Shown here: in pieces, positions 1 through 9,389 of the stretch
Numbering within the stretch: position 1 is the stretch's first letter
Layout: each line of letters starts with the position of its first letter
Assembly: GCA_963733195.1 (NCBI GenBank)
Contig: CAVTCR010000075.1
Span: 1-35,375, forward strand
DNA: 35,375 bases
Direction of reading: 5' to 3'
From: an uncultured delta proteobacterium
GTDB taxonomy: Bacteria; Desulfobacterota; Binatia; Bin18
Translations under genes and position numbers: made by a program
Notes under the pieces: model-generated
Told to the model about the DNA's origin: nothing
Seen by the model: the letters and a program-made list of their open reading frames with translations, nothing else
The model's database searches: none

Positions 1-12
1 CCCATAAGCTAG

Positions 13-339
13 GCCGAAAGAACAAGTGAGGAGGACAATGCAGAAGAAAATAACGAAAATATTAGCGCAGCTCAAAAGTGGATCGTACACCTAAAACCGG
101 AAGGAGAAAGTTTGCTGGAAAAGCTTATTGGCCCCTCAGACCTCAAAAAGGGAATCTATCGTGTGACCCTAGAGCGTGACGAAAATAGAAAATCGAAAAA
201 ACAACTGATGAATGAGATCAGACGTCTTGGTGCATTAGAGATAGCTCGTAAATGCAAGAATGACGGTATAAAGTTTTCCGAGTCTAAATTTACAAAGCTT
301 ACAAATTTAATTCGATATATGGAAGGTAGTCCCGAATAA
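13..339 (+). CDS. Hypothetical protein, probably the 3' part of a gene starting before the window
   Basis: Frame is open from 13 to TAA at 337-339; Lys/Glu-rich; AT-richer than the rest of the window; no recognisable motif. Confidence 0.4.
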   Translation, partial: AERTSEEDNAEENNENISAAQKWIVHLKPEGESLLEKLIGPSDLKKGIYRVTLERDENRKSKKQLMNEIRRLGALEIARKCKNDGIKFSESKFTKLTNLIRYMEGSPE

Positions 340-418
340 GCTTGAAGACTTAAATTTTTGAAATAGCGGCATTCGGAGAGATCAGACACTTTGCCACAAA
401 AGGTGTGTGGCCTCACTG

Positions 419-1233
419 TCATGGTGAGAGTATGAATGTACGCACTAGGAGTTCTTTTCCGTTGGCATTCCGAGTGCCGCTCAAGTCTGTTCGTAGGCCT
501 TCGGGATTTGAGATAAATCCTAATGGGTCGTACGCAACAATCCATAACTGCACACATTTGGGTGTGCCTGATAATGTGAAATATCGAGAATGAGTTCTTG
601 TCCGACTTTCTTCCCGTGTCCCTGGTCTCGGACAAATTTCACTTCGAGAACAAGCCCGTATTCCGGTAAAAGGAAATCCATACGAGCGGACGTTCCAGCA
701 TAGCTTGGCGTATACTCTTCAGGACGGATATCACGTATCCAAGGACGGAGTAGCGCATGAAGGAGGTCCTGAACGTCATATTCATCTGAGAATTCTATGC
801 TTGCTCGGTTCTTACGCCGTTGTTTTAACGGGAACATTGATCGAGGAAGTCCCTTGACCAGGTGCTCCAGTAGTTGCTCTACATCTTCGGCACAACAGGG
901 TGCGCTGAGATCGGTGAAGCGAAAACGGTGGAAGGTCGCCCCATAGCTTGACGAAGGAAGTTCCTATCACCTTCGGGTATTTGCTCATTCTCCACGATCT
1001 GCGCGATAACGCCTTCGAGCACTGGATCTAATTGTTCGGAATCCTGAGTCTTTAAAGTCTCAATCCATCTATAAAATGCATCCATGCGTCGCTACTTGTC
1101 AGGACTGTCCCGATAGCGGTTCCTTAAGAAGGGCTGAATCGGCACCAGCAAAATGGAATAGATCCCCAATAGTTCTTATCGAGTAATAATCCTTCCCCAA
1201 GACAGCCAGTTTGTGAATTGTTCCAGAGTCCAT
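419..1233 (-). CDS. PD-(D/E)XK nuclease of the REase_DpnII-MboI type with a helical N-terminal domain (frameshifted about 3 times)
   Basis: Stitched frames read MDSGTIHKLAVLGKDYYSIRTIGDLF..MDAFYRWIETL..EDVEQLLEHLVKGLPRSMFPLKQRR..DEYDVQDLLHALL..IRPEEYTPSYAGTSARMDFLL..LEVK..ELILDISHY..LWIVAYDPLGFISNPEGLRTDL..FILSP*; AAAAGGA RBS precedes ATG 1233. Confidence 0.75.
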
Positions 1234-1336
1234 GATCCTTTTTACTGTGTTGCCGTTTTTAGCGTTGTATAGCGCGTGAATTGCACTCCCTCAAGAGAGA
1301 ATGGGCGCTCATGCACCACGCGCAACTCCGCGAGTG

Positions 1337-2295
1337 TCATGTATCCAAGGACTCGGGCCATTCGGCTCCCATGACCCATGCGAGAGCTGACATTCTACCG
1401 CTCAGAAGCCCCCATTCGAAGTCGTCCCACCCTAGATTCTTCCTGCCGTACTTTTTTTCAATCCGCTTGGCTGCCTTCTTCGCCTTTTCTAGTATCTGGT
1501 TTTGTCTCTTGGTCAACTGCTCTTCCACCGTTCTTGTAGAACGTCCTGGAGCCAGACCTGATGCCGTTCCACCACACCTTGTCCCAGAATTCGTTGTATG
1601 CCTTCAGGATGGTCTTTATCGTTGCGCCGTAAGAAAGGAGCGGCCATTCTCTACCGGGGTTCTCCTCGTCGGGCAGCCACTCCACCTTGTCGCCATTCTT
1701 TGGTGTAACCGATTCTGTGGCCGTTGGGGCCGACCTGGCCGGGTTCGACAGGATCAGTGGTCTGGGCTTTCGTGCGGTGCCGTCTCTGACTCGGGGAACG
1801 GTGTTGCCGCGAAAAATCACGGTTCAACTCCTCAATGACGGACATGAGGTCTGGATCAAAGCGGGCAATTTGAATACCGGCCTCACGCAGTCGTAATTCG
1901 CCTACGGCCGCGTATCTCGTTTGTTCGGGTCAAGCATTCCAATAAAGACTTTTCCGATGCGTCTTTCTATAATTCTTTCCAGCACATGCGATCTTTGGAG
2001 AGTTTCGCGCAGTACACGGTTCCAACGTAGAAAAGAGCGTTGCGCCTGCGAGCGTATGAACGGGTAGCTTATTTCTCAAGAAGCGTGAATTCTGCGTGCT
2101 CGCCCGGTGCGAGTTCCCCCGCCGAAAGCTTCCCCGATCACCAATCCATCGCGGGCAAACAATTGCTCCAACTTTTGGGGGATATCTTGCCAGCTTCACT
2201 CTTGACATTTCCGTGGCAAGCTCTATTGCTCTGAGCATAAGGTCTCTATCGCTAGCTTTTATCGATGGACTCCGGGAATGCATTGCTCTGGCCAT
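1337..2295 (-). CDS. RibD-like/CMP-dCMP Zn-dependent deaminase fused to an uncharacterised Trp-rich C-terminal domain (multiple frameshifts)
   Basis: [30 protein letters not shown] (HAE at 2090-2098)..[51 protein letters not shown], continuing to ..[42 protein letters not shown]; no reductase domain. Confidence 0.7.
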
Positions 2296-2367
2296 CTACA
2301 GAGCCTTTCGTAAGCTTCCTTAATTCCTATCGTGTGGTTCCTAGCGACGCATATCGAGGGGAAAATA

Positions 2368-2446
2368 GGGTGAGGTCTTGAGATATAAGATTCGGCTCTT
2401 CTTCCTTGATAAGGAGACGACCAACCGATAAATCGAGACCTGCCCC
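2368..2446. repeat. Imperfect inverted repeat (REP/MITE-like)
   Basis: GGGTGAGGTCTTGA (2368-2381) and TCGAGACCTGCCCC (2433-2446), 11/14 complementary; intergenic. Confidence 0.45.
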
Positions 2447-2449
2447 TTC

Positions 2450-3508
2450 CTATGGTCGCGCCTCGAAGACCAAATTAAATGGGGTCTCGGTAGCGCGGCG
2501 GAAGCGAGTGAATCCACCTGCAGTCACTACCTCACGCAAGCGCGCTTCGCCGGCTTGGTTGCCCAAGGCAAGCCCAACTTCTTGTGACAGCGAGGCTGGC
2601 GTACAGACCTGCGTGGAAGCAGAGTAGTACAACCGTCCAATCGGATTGAGATTGTCAGCTAGACGATCATGGGCGAATGGTTCCACGATCATCCAGACAC
2701 CGTCTCGCGCTAGGGTGCTCCGCACGTGGGCAGCAGCTCCGACCGGATCGCCCATGTCATGTAAACAATCGAAGAACGTGACGAAATCATAATCGGCTCC
2801 TGGAAAGTCTTTGGCCGTGGTGACTGCAAAAGTCACTCGGTCCGCCACTCCTGCTTCCTGCGCCGCTTGTCGTGCACGATCAATCGAAGGGGCATGGTAA
2901 TCGAACCCTACAAATGTCGAGCTAGGGTAGGCTTTCGCCATAAGCACGGTCGAAGCGCCGCGACCACAGCCAACATCGGCGACGCGAGCACCCGCATGCA
3001 ACCGTTCGGCTACTCCTTCAAGCGCGGGGATCCATGCGCTCACGAGGTGAGCTGCATAGCCAGGACGGAAAAACCGCTCTGTTCCCTGAAACAAGCCTGG
3101 GTCGTGTTCATGCCAACCCACTCCAGCCCCTGTACGGAACGCTTCAAGAAGTCTCGGAGCAATCTTGATCGCAGAAGTTGCGAGCTGGAACGCACCAGGC
3201 AAAAAGGCCGGGCTGTCGTCGTTCGCCAAGGCGAAAGCTTGTTCTTCGGAAAGGAGGAACCGCCCGGTGGTGGGTTCGTAGGTCACGTAGCCACTCGCTG
3301 CTTGTGCGGCCAGCCACTCGCGCACATAACGTTCGGCGGTATTGGTACGTTCCGCCAACTCGACTGAGGTCAGTGGGCCAGCACCAGCCATAGCCTTGTA
3401 AAGTCCTAGTTGATCACCAATGACAACGAGGTTGGCGTGAAATGTTGCGCCTATTTCGTCCAAGGCTTTCTGTAGGAAATGTTGTAATTTGTCCTGATCC
3501 AGAGCCAT
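2450..3508 (-). CDS. Class I SAM-dependent methyltransferase with N-terminal winged-helix (Rv2258c-like)
   Basis: GDQLGLYKAM..ERYVREWL N-terminal domain; VADVGCGRG SAM motif; FFDCLHDMGDP; GAGGG RBS before MALDQDK at 3508. Confidence 0.9.
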   Translation of the reverse strand: MALDQDKLQHFLQKALDEIGATFHANLVVIGDQLGLYKAMAGAGPLTSVELAERTNTAERYVREWLAAQAASGYVTYEPTTGRFLLSEEQAFALANDDSPAFLPGAFQLATSAIKIAPRLLEAFRTGAGVGWHEHDPGLFQGTERFFRPGYAAHLVSAWIPALEGVAERLHAGARVADVGCGRGASTVLMAKAYPSSTFVGFDYHAPSIDRARQAAQEAGVADRVTFAVTTAKDFPGADYDFVTFFDCLHDMGDPVGAAAHVRSTLARDGVWMIVEPFAHDRLADNLNPIGRLYYSASTQVCTPASLSQEVGLALGNQAGEARLREVVTAGGFTRFRRATETPFNLVFEARP

Positions 3509-3759
3509 ATCGACGCCCTCCGTATTTATGTAGTTGAGAAAATTCTTAACGAACCCACGTGTATTGAGGTGTCTGTCTCCTCTGCTTTCTGTCGTATAGA
3601 TTGACACATGGCAAGACCTCTATGCCTTTTTCGCTTCTGCAAAGGATACATCGCCTCTCCTCGCGCTTGACAGCAGGACATGATCGTCCTAGTGGAGCCT
3701 TGTAGTGTGACAAAGCGTTCTCGACAAAAACACCACCCTCAACGATAGGAGCAGCGCCT

Positions 3760-5115
3760 ATGCTACCGCGGCAGGACATTGATTACGATGCGTTGGTAAA
3801 GGAAGACCGAGTGCATATCAGTCTATACACCGACCCTGCGGTATTCACTGAAGAGATGGGCAAGATTTTTCATCGCGGCTGGGTCTACGTTGGCCATCAG
3901 GGCGAGATTCCCAACCAAGGGGATTTTCGGCTCAAACGCATTGGCTTGCAACCGGTGATCATGGTGCGAGATCAACATGGGCAAGTCCAGTTACTGCTCA
4001 ATCGTTGTCGCCATCGTAGCGCCACGGTCTGCCAGGAAGGACAGGGAAACACCCGCTCCTTCCGCTGTATGTATCATGGGTGGACGTATCACCTTGACGG
4101 TGAACTCGCCGGCGTGCCGGGCGAGGAGGCGTATGGCGACAACTTCAAGCGCAAGGAATTGAGCTTAGTAAAAGTGCCGCGTGTGGCGAATTATCGAGGT
4201 TTCATCTTTGGTAGCTTGAGTCCTGCTGGAATTACTTTGGAGGAACATCTCGGGCGGGCCGCCGCCGAGCTTGACTTGTTCGTCGGTCTTTCCAAAGCAG
4301 AGGATGTGGAAGTCACATCAGGAATCCACAAGTACAGTTACCAGGGCAACTGGAAATTCGCAGCGGAAAACTCCATGGACGGCTACCATCCGATGATTAC
4401 GCATGCCTCGTTCGGTCAGGCGTTAATGGACAAAATTCAGAACAGCCCAAGCCCAGAGCAGTCGCGCGCAGACCGTGATTTCTCCTCGTTTCGCGGCGCT
4501 ACAAAAGATCTAGGCAATGGACATGTGATGCTGGACTATAAACTGCGCATCTACGACTCGCTCAATAGTGATCCCACACCGGCGATACGTACGGTCACAC
4601 CCGAAGGACAAGCGCACTTCGCGGAACTCACTCGCCGTTTTGGTGAGCAACGCGCCGCCAATATGCTGCGAGAAGGCGGCACCCATACGTTCATCTTTCC
4701 TAATCTCATTCTGATTGGTATCCAAATGCGCGTGCTGCAACCGTTGAGTGTGGATCGCACGGAAGTGTGCCTGTACCCTACCCTGCTCAAATGGCTTGCG
4801 CCTGAGGTGAATACGATCCGCTTACGTTCTCACGAGGCATTCTTTGGCGCGGCCAGTTTCGGCGGTCCTGATGACTCGGAAATCTTCGAGCGCATTCAGC
4901 ATGGCTGCGCGGTACAACTCGAACCGTGGCAACTCCTATCACGTGGGCTTCATCGTGAACGCCATGAAGACGGCATGATCATCGGTGAGATGGCCGACGA
5001 GGTGACGCAGCGCGGCATCTGGCGACAATGGAAGAAGGTGATGATGCAAGGGACAGGGGTTGCGAAGATTACACGCAAGCGGTCCAGTAACGGCCTAGTG
5101 AGCGAACGGGGGTAG
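3760..5115 (+). CDS. Rieske aromatic ring-hydroxylating dioxygenase, alpha subunit
   Basis: Rieske CRH..CMYH motif; mononuclear Fe site ENSMDGYHPMITH and DDSEIFE. Confidence 0.93.
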   Translation: MLPRQDIDYDALVKEDRVHISLYTDPAVFTEEMGKIFHRGWVYVGHQGEIPNQGDFRLKRIGLQPVIMVRDQHGQVQLLLNRCRHRSATVCQEGQGNTRSFRCMYHGWTYHLDGELAGVPGEEAYGDNFKRKELSLVKVPRVANYRGFIFGSLSPAGITLEEHLGRAAAELDLFVGLSKAEDVEVTSGIHKYSYQGNWKFAAENSMDGYHPMITHASFGQALMDKIQNSPSPEQSRADRDFSSFRGATKDLGNGHVMLDYKLRIYDSLNSDPTPAIRTVTPEGQAHFAELTRRFGEQRAANMLREGGTHTFIFPNLILIGIQMRVLQPLSVDRTEVCLYPTLLKWLAPEVNTIRLRSHEAFFGAASFGGPDDSEIFERIQHGCAVQLEPWQLLSRGLHRERHEDGMIIGEMADEVTQRGIWRQWKKVMMQGTGVAKITRKRSSNGLVSERG

Positions 5116-5122
5116 TGCGATC

Positions 5123-5596
5123 ATGGCTTTCGACCGTCAGCAGGTGGAGCAATTCATCTACACCGAAGCGCAGCTCATGGACGAGCACCGTTACGACGAG
5201 TGGCTCACTCTATGGACTGATGATGCGCTTTATTGGGTGCCGAGCGGGCGCGATGAGATTGATCCTAAACGTGAAATCTCGCTGATCTATGACGACCGGG
5301 TGCGGCTCCAAGTACGTATCGCTCGCCTGAAGAGCGGTTTTGCGCATGCGCAGGAACCGAAGTCACGCATGCGCCGTGTCATCTCGAATATCATAGTTGA
5401 AGAAGCGGAGAACGGGGAGATTGTCGCCTACTCAAACTTCATGCTGGCGGAACTGCGGCGTGGCAAGCAAGATATTTTTGCCGGACGCACGATGCACCGG
5501 CTACGTCCCCACCAGGGCAGCTTCCAGCTCGTGTCGAAGAAAGTGTTACTGGTCAACAATGATGAGTATATCGACAACCTGACCTTTCTCATCTGA
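5123..5596 (+). CDS. Aromatic ring-hydroxylating dioxygenase, beta subunit
   Basis: EAQLMDEHRYDEWL..YWVP..AQEPKSRMRRVISN; 7 bp after the alpha subunit. Confidence 0.92.
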   Translation: MAFDRQQVEQFIYTEAQLMDEHRYDEWLTLWTDDALYWVPSGRDEIDPKREISLIYDDRVRLQVRIARLKSGFAHAQEPKSRMRRVISNIIVEEAENGEIVAYSNFMLAELRRGKQDIFAGRTMHRLRPHQGSFQLVSKKVLLVNNDEYIDNLTFLI

Positions 5597-5682
5597 CCAG
5601 ACAGATCAGGTTCATAGTGCTGCCTCAGCGACGCACGAACGGCGTTGAACTCCGCAATTCCGCGCTAAACAGAACCCATCAG

Positions 5683-7011
5683 CTACACTGAATGAGTTCG
5701 CCGATCCGGCTGTAAACTACGAGCAATATCTTCGGCTAACTGGACGGCCTCACTTGGTTGCAAAGTTGCAATCGTCACCCGAATCGCAGGGGCGCTCTTG
5801 ATGCGATAACGCTCACCGCCACGTATCGCCCACCCAGCCGCAGATAAACTTGTAATGACACTGCCTTCTTCGCGGACCGGAATCCACACGTTCAACCCCG
5901 AACGACCGTACGCCGCAATGCCATGTTCCTTCAAGGCGTTAATCAACGCAGTTCTGCGCGTTGCATACGTTTCCGCCGCGACTCGCAGCTTCTTTGTGAT
6001 CGCAGGATCTGACCACAGCACTTCGACAATCTCTTGCAAAATATGACTCACCCACCCTGCTCCGAGGCTTTGTCGTCCTTCAACACGTGCGATCGTGGTG
6101 GCATCGCCAGCTACCATCGCAAGTCGTAAGTCAGGCCCCAGGGACTTCGACACTGACCGAACAACCGCCCAGCGCTCTTTCTTGTGATGACACACTGTTA
6201 GCGCTGGTACACCGGCAACCGGTCCAGCATGATCATCTTCAATGACCAGCACATCATTATGTTTGTCGAAGACCTTACGCAGTTCACGTGCCCGCTGCTC
6301 GTCAAGCGCTGCACCAGTGGGATTCTGCGCACGAGGTGTGAGAATGCAGGCAACGGCCCCACCCTTCAATACCTGCTCAAGGCTATCAGGCAACAAACCA
6401 CGATCATCTATGGCCACCGGTTCGGCAATCAGTCCGAGTGCGCCAAGGAGATCGAAAATTTCACTGTAGCCGGGATCTTCAACTGCGATACGGTCTCCTG
6501 GTCGCACGTGCGCTTGTAGCACGCGTTCAATGGCATCAAGCGCTCCACCCATGACTGCTAGCGCTGTCGTGGGAATATGATCAGCGGCGAATTGTTCAGC
6601 TGCTAAGGCCAGCAGTTGTGGCCGATTCGTCGTTTCTCCGTACAGCCGCGGACGGAGCGTCAGCTTCGGTGCGAGTGCGCGAAGGTCAGGAAGCAAGAGT
6701 GGATCAGGACTTCCTTGAATGAGGTTACGCAGACCGCGCGGAACCATCACTGCAGAGCGAGTAAGAACTGGCGGACGTGCACTCACCCGCGTGCCACGAC
6801 GTCCCTGGGCACTGAGTAGTCCCCGCGTTCGTAGCGTGCGATAGGCAGCCGCCACCGTCGTTGGACTCACTTTAAGTGTATTTGCCAACGCGCGCACGGT
6901 CGGGAGTGACGTGTCTTGAGGAATTCGCCCTTGCCGTACCCCATTCTCGATGCTCTCGGCAATGGTTCTTGCGTCTTCTCCTGTAATTGGATATTGTAAC
7001 AGTACTTTCAT
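5683..7011 (-). CDS. MocR/GabR-family regulator (GntR HTH + PLP aminotransferase-like domain)
   Basis: LPTVRALA..VSPTTVAAAYRTL HTH; AQNPTG, IEDDH, RSVSKSLGPDLR (PLP Lys); likely start MKVLLQ at 7011. Confidence 0.9.
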   Translation of the reverse strand: MKVLLQYPITGEDARTIAESIENGVRQGRIPQDTSLPTVRALANTLKVSPTTVAAAYRTLRTRGLLSAQGRRGTRVSARPPVLTRSAVMVPRGLRNLIQGSPDPLLLPDLRALAPKLTLRPRLYGETTNRPQLLALAAEQFAADHIPTTALAVMGGALDAIERVLQAHVRPGDRIAVEDPGYSEIFDLLGALGLIAEPVAIDDRGLLPDSLEQVLKGGAVACILTPRAQNPTGAALDEQRARELRKVFDKHNDVLVIEDDHAGPVAGVPALTVCHHKKERWAVVRSVSKSLGPDLRLAMVAGDATTIARVEGRQSLGAGWVSHILQEIVEVLWSDPAITKKLRVAAETYATRRTALINALKEHGIAAYGRSGLNVWIPVREEGSVITSLSAAGWAIRGGERYRIKSAPAIRVTIATLQPSEAVQLAEDIARSLQPDRRTHSV

Positions 7012-7029
7012 AGTTTTGTACTGTAACAA
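6994..7029. promoter_or_regulatory. Putative MocR operator (inverted repeat)
   Basis: TTGTAACAGTAC-N12-GTACTGTAACAA, 11/12 complementary, spanning the regulator start and the short divergent intergenic gap. Confidence 0.5.
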
Positions 7030-7047
7030 AAAAGAAAGGAACGAACA

Positions 7048-7737
7048 ATGCCACAGTTCACACCCACAGAGCGTACAATACTTCACCGCAGACCGAACCG
7101 TGCCTCTTATGATCGTGAGATCGTCCACGCGATCCTTGATGAAGGGTTACACTGTCACGTCGGGTTCACCGTTGATGACCAGCCCTATGTCATTCCGACG
7201 ATCCACGCACGAGTAGAAGACCGGTTATACGTTCACGGCTCTAGTGCCAGCCGCATGTTACGCACGCTTAAAGAAGGCGTACCAATGTGTGTAACAGTGA
7301 CAATTCTTGACGGGCTGGTTCTCGCTCGCTCGGCGTTTCACCACTCGATGAACTACCGGTCGGTGGTCGTGCTCGGTGTGGCGCACGAGGTCACTGATCC
7401 ACAAGAGAAGTACGATGCGCTCAAAGCCGTCGTCGAACATGTCGCGCCTCATCGCTGGGACGACGTACGCTGGCCGACTGAGCAGGAACTCAAGGCCACA
7501 AGCGTATTACGTCTTCCGTTAGAAGAAGTGTCAGCCAAAGTCAGAACCGGCCCGCCGCTTGATGATGAGGAAGACTATCAACTGCCGTGTTGGGCTGGAG
7601 AGTTACCGTTGCGTTTGACACCGCAGGCTCCTGTACCTGATCCACGGCTCATTCCTGGGACACCTGTACCTGCATATATTCGCGAGTATCAGAGGCCGCA
7701 CGATCTCCAGAGGCCGTCTCAACAGGTAAAGAAGTGA
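7048..7737 (+). CDS. Pyridoxamine 5'-phosphate oxidase-like (NimA-like) flavin-binding protein
   Basis: RASYDREIVHAILDEG..CHVGF..LYVHGSSASRM..ARSAFHHSMNYRSVVVLG. Confidence 0.9.
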   Translation: MPQFTPTERTILHRRPNRASYDREIVHAILDEGLHCHVGFTVDDQPYVIPTIHARVEDRLYVHGSSASRMLRTLKEGVPMCVTVTILDGLVLARSAFHHSMNYRSVVVLGVAHEVTDPQEKYDALKAVVEHVAPHRWDDVRWPTEQELKATSVLRLPLEEVSAKVRTGPPLDDEEDYQLPCWAGELPLRLTPQAPVPDPRLIPGTPVPAYIREYQRPHDLQRPSQQVKK

Positions 7738-7820
7738 GTCACTGTGAGTCCCTGCGTAGCGCGGGGCGCACAACACTCCGGAAAAGAACTGAGACCGGCA
7801 GGCACCCCTGCCCTCCACCG

Positions 7821-8135
7821 CTATACTTTTGCCATCAGCGCTATGCGATACGGATACAACTCCGCACGCATTACCTGGTGTTTCACGGCGGGGTCATTCT
7901 GCATCACAGTGCGCGCCGCTTCTTCGGAATCAGCCCGCACGATCACAATGCCAAAACTCCTCTCGTCCGTATTCAGGGTCCGGCCGGCAAGTACAACCAC
8001 TCCCTGCTCTGTCAATTGCTTGAGATAGACAAAATGTTGCGAGACAATCTCAGCCTCTTCAGGGGTGGGGCCGTGCGTCAGCATCTCTGGTCGGGAGGGT
8101 TGAATTCTATACAGATAGTGAGTGACATCTGACAT
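7821..8135 (-). CDS. YciI-family protein
   Basis: SQHFVYLKQL..VVLAGRT..GIVIVRADSEEAA..DPAV; GAGGG RBS before ATG 8135. Confidence 0.85.
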   Translation of the reverse strand: MSDVTHYLYRIQPSRPEMLTHGPTPEEAEIVSQHFVYLKQLTEQGVVVLAGRTLNTDERSFGIVIVRADSEEAARTVMQNDPAVKHQVMRAELYPYRIALMAKV

Positions 8136-8232
8136 ATAGTTCCCTCTGTGCTTACTGGGGTAAGTTGGCGCTATCCGAGAACACAACCCCAGACTTCTTT
8201 GTTGGGCAGCTGTGGATTGAGTTGCGTCGTAG

Positions 8233-8809
8233 TCATTGGAGCGCTTCCAAGGCCCACAACCCAGGATATTGTGTAACGAAACCCAGATCGGACACCTGCA
8301 AAATTGCCGCGTAACCAAAACCAGGCGCTTGATAGTCGTATTTGTCGAGCTGCCACGCGGCGGTACCGGTGCTCCAGCCTCCCGAGTGTGAGCTCTGGGA
8401 AATGCAGATAAGCCGCTGGAGCCTCTGCCTCATGGCCGATGCCTAAGGAGAGACGGCGCAACTGGATGAGATTCGTGGCCGGGGTGAAGCCGAGATCCAC
8501 GTCCACGAGACCTGCCACCTCCTCTCCCTGCTCGTCCCCGTTCAAAGTCCAACGCTCGCCGGGAGCGGCTTCGAGAGTGAGCTTTACAGTGGTTCTGCCG
8601 AGCCAACCAATGACCGAGGCCGATCGAGTGCGCCAGGAGGGGTCGCAATCCACCTCGTAGCTCAGATGGCATGGCTGCTCTTCCGAACAAAACATCGCCG
8701 TCCCTGCTAAACGCCAGCCGTTGTCGGAAATCCAGAGCCCGCACGCGTCGTGACCGGGTGAGTCCAGTCTGCGCCATAAGATAGCCTGTTCGAGTGTATT
8801 GGTGTTCAT
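8233..8809 (-). CDS. Putative glycolipid-binding domain protein (one frameshift near 8350)
   Basis: ILWRRLDSPGHDAC..SYEVDCDPSWRTR..DVDLGFTPATNLIQLRRL..LEHRYRR / YDYQAPGFGYAAILQVSDLGFVTQYPGLW. Confidence 0.85.
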
Positions 8810-8838
8810 GTCTTCAATATCTCCGGGCATTGGTGGCC

Positions 8839-8903
8839 GCTCAACGTTCAAATTGAGGAGCGCGCCACTTTTTGCCACGTCCCGCTCGAATGCAGAGTTA
8901 GGC
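8839..8903 (-). mobile_element. Integron attC site (65 bp)
   Basis: Minus strand: R'' GCCTAAC, 5 bp, L'' ATTCGAGC, 25-bp core, L' CCTCAAT, 6 bp, R' GTTGAGC; L''/L' pair with one extrahelical C. Confidence 0.8.
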
Positions 8904-9029
8904 TGTATGTGTGACTGCAAAATCTGAGCCCGTGCTTGGGGTTCGATAGCCTGACCTCATTCTGCTGACCCGGTTGCGGCTGTGGCGAGCGTACAGGTAT
9001 TTCTCGCGCAGTAGAGCCTGAGCCCGGCA

Positions 9030-9389
9030 CTAGAGGTCGACCAGAGTCGTGAATCCGCCATAGATCATGCGCTTGCCGTCGAAGGGCATCGCTTTCGGGT
9101 CCATCATGTTCGCCAACCGCGGGTCGGCCATCACCTTAGCGTTGACGGCATCGCGGTGCGCGCGCGACTTGAATACGATCCACGAGAAAACCACCGTCTC
9201 ACCGGGCTTGACCTTGACACTGCGCGGGAAAGACGTGAGCTTACCCACCTTGACGTCCTCGGCGACGCATTCCCGATAGGCAAGAGCGCCGTGCTCACGC
9301 CAGATCTTGCCCGCCTTCTGCGCGGTACGGCGGTAAGCCTGCAGGTTTTTCTCTGGGACGGGTACGACAAATCCATCGACGTATTGCAT
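9030..9389 (-). CDS. DUF1428 (YbaA-like) protein
   Basis: YVDGFVVPVP..WREHGAL..TSFPRSVK..ETVVFSWI..MPFDGKRMIYGGF. Confidence 0.93.
   Translation of the reverse strand: MQYVDGFVVPVPEKNLQAYRRTAQKAGKIWREHGALAYRECVAEDVKVGKLTSFPRSVKVKPGETVVFSWIVFKSRAHRDAVNAKVMADPRLANMMDPKAMPFDGKRMIYGGFTTLVDL

Noticed and set aside
1281-1838. 185-aa plus-strand ORF
   Set aside because: Antisense shadow of the deaminase C-terminal region
1337-2295. ribD (riboflavin biosynthesis)
   Set aside because: No reductase domain, no rib genes nearby, and an unrelated C-terminal domain
419-3508. Type II restriction-modification pair (nuclease + methyltransferase at 2450-3508)
   Set aside because: The methyltransferase is a small-molecule Rv2258c-like enzyme without DPPY/NPPY or PC motifs
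8171-8236. 21-codon ORF MTTTQLNPQLPNKEVWGCVLG overlapping the glycolipid-binding gene stop
   Set aside because: No motif; it overlaps the putative eroded attC end and is probably chance
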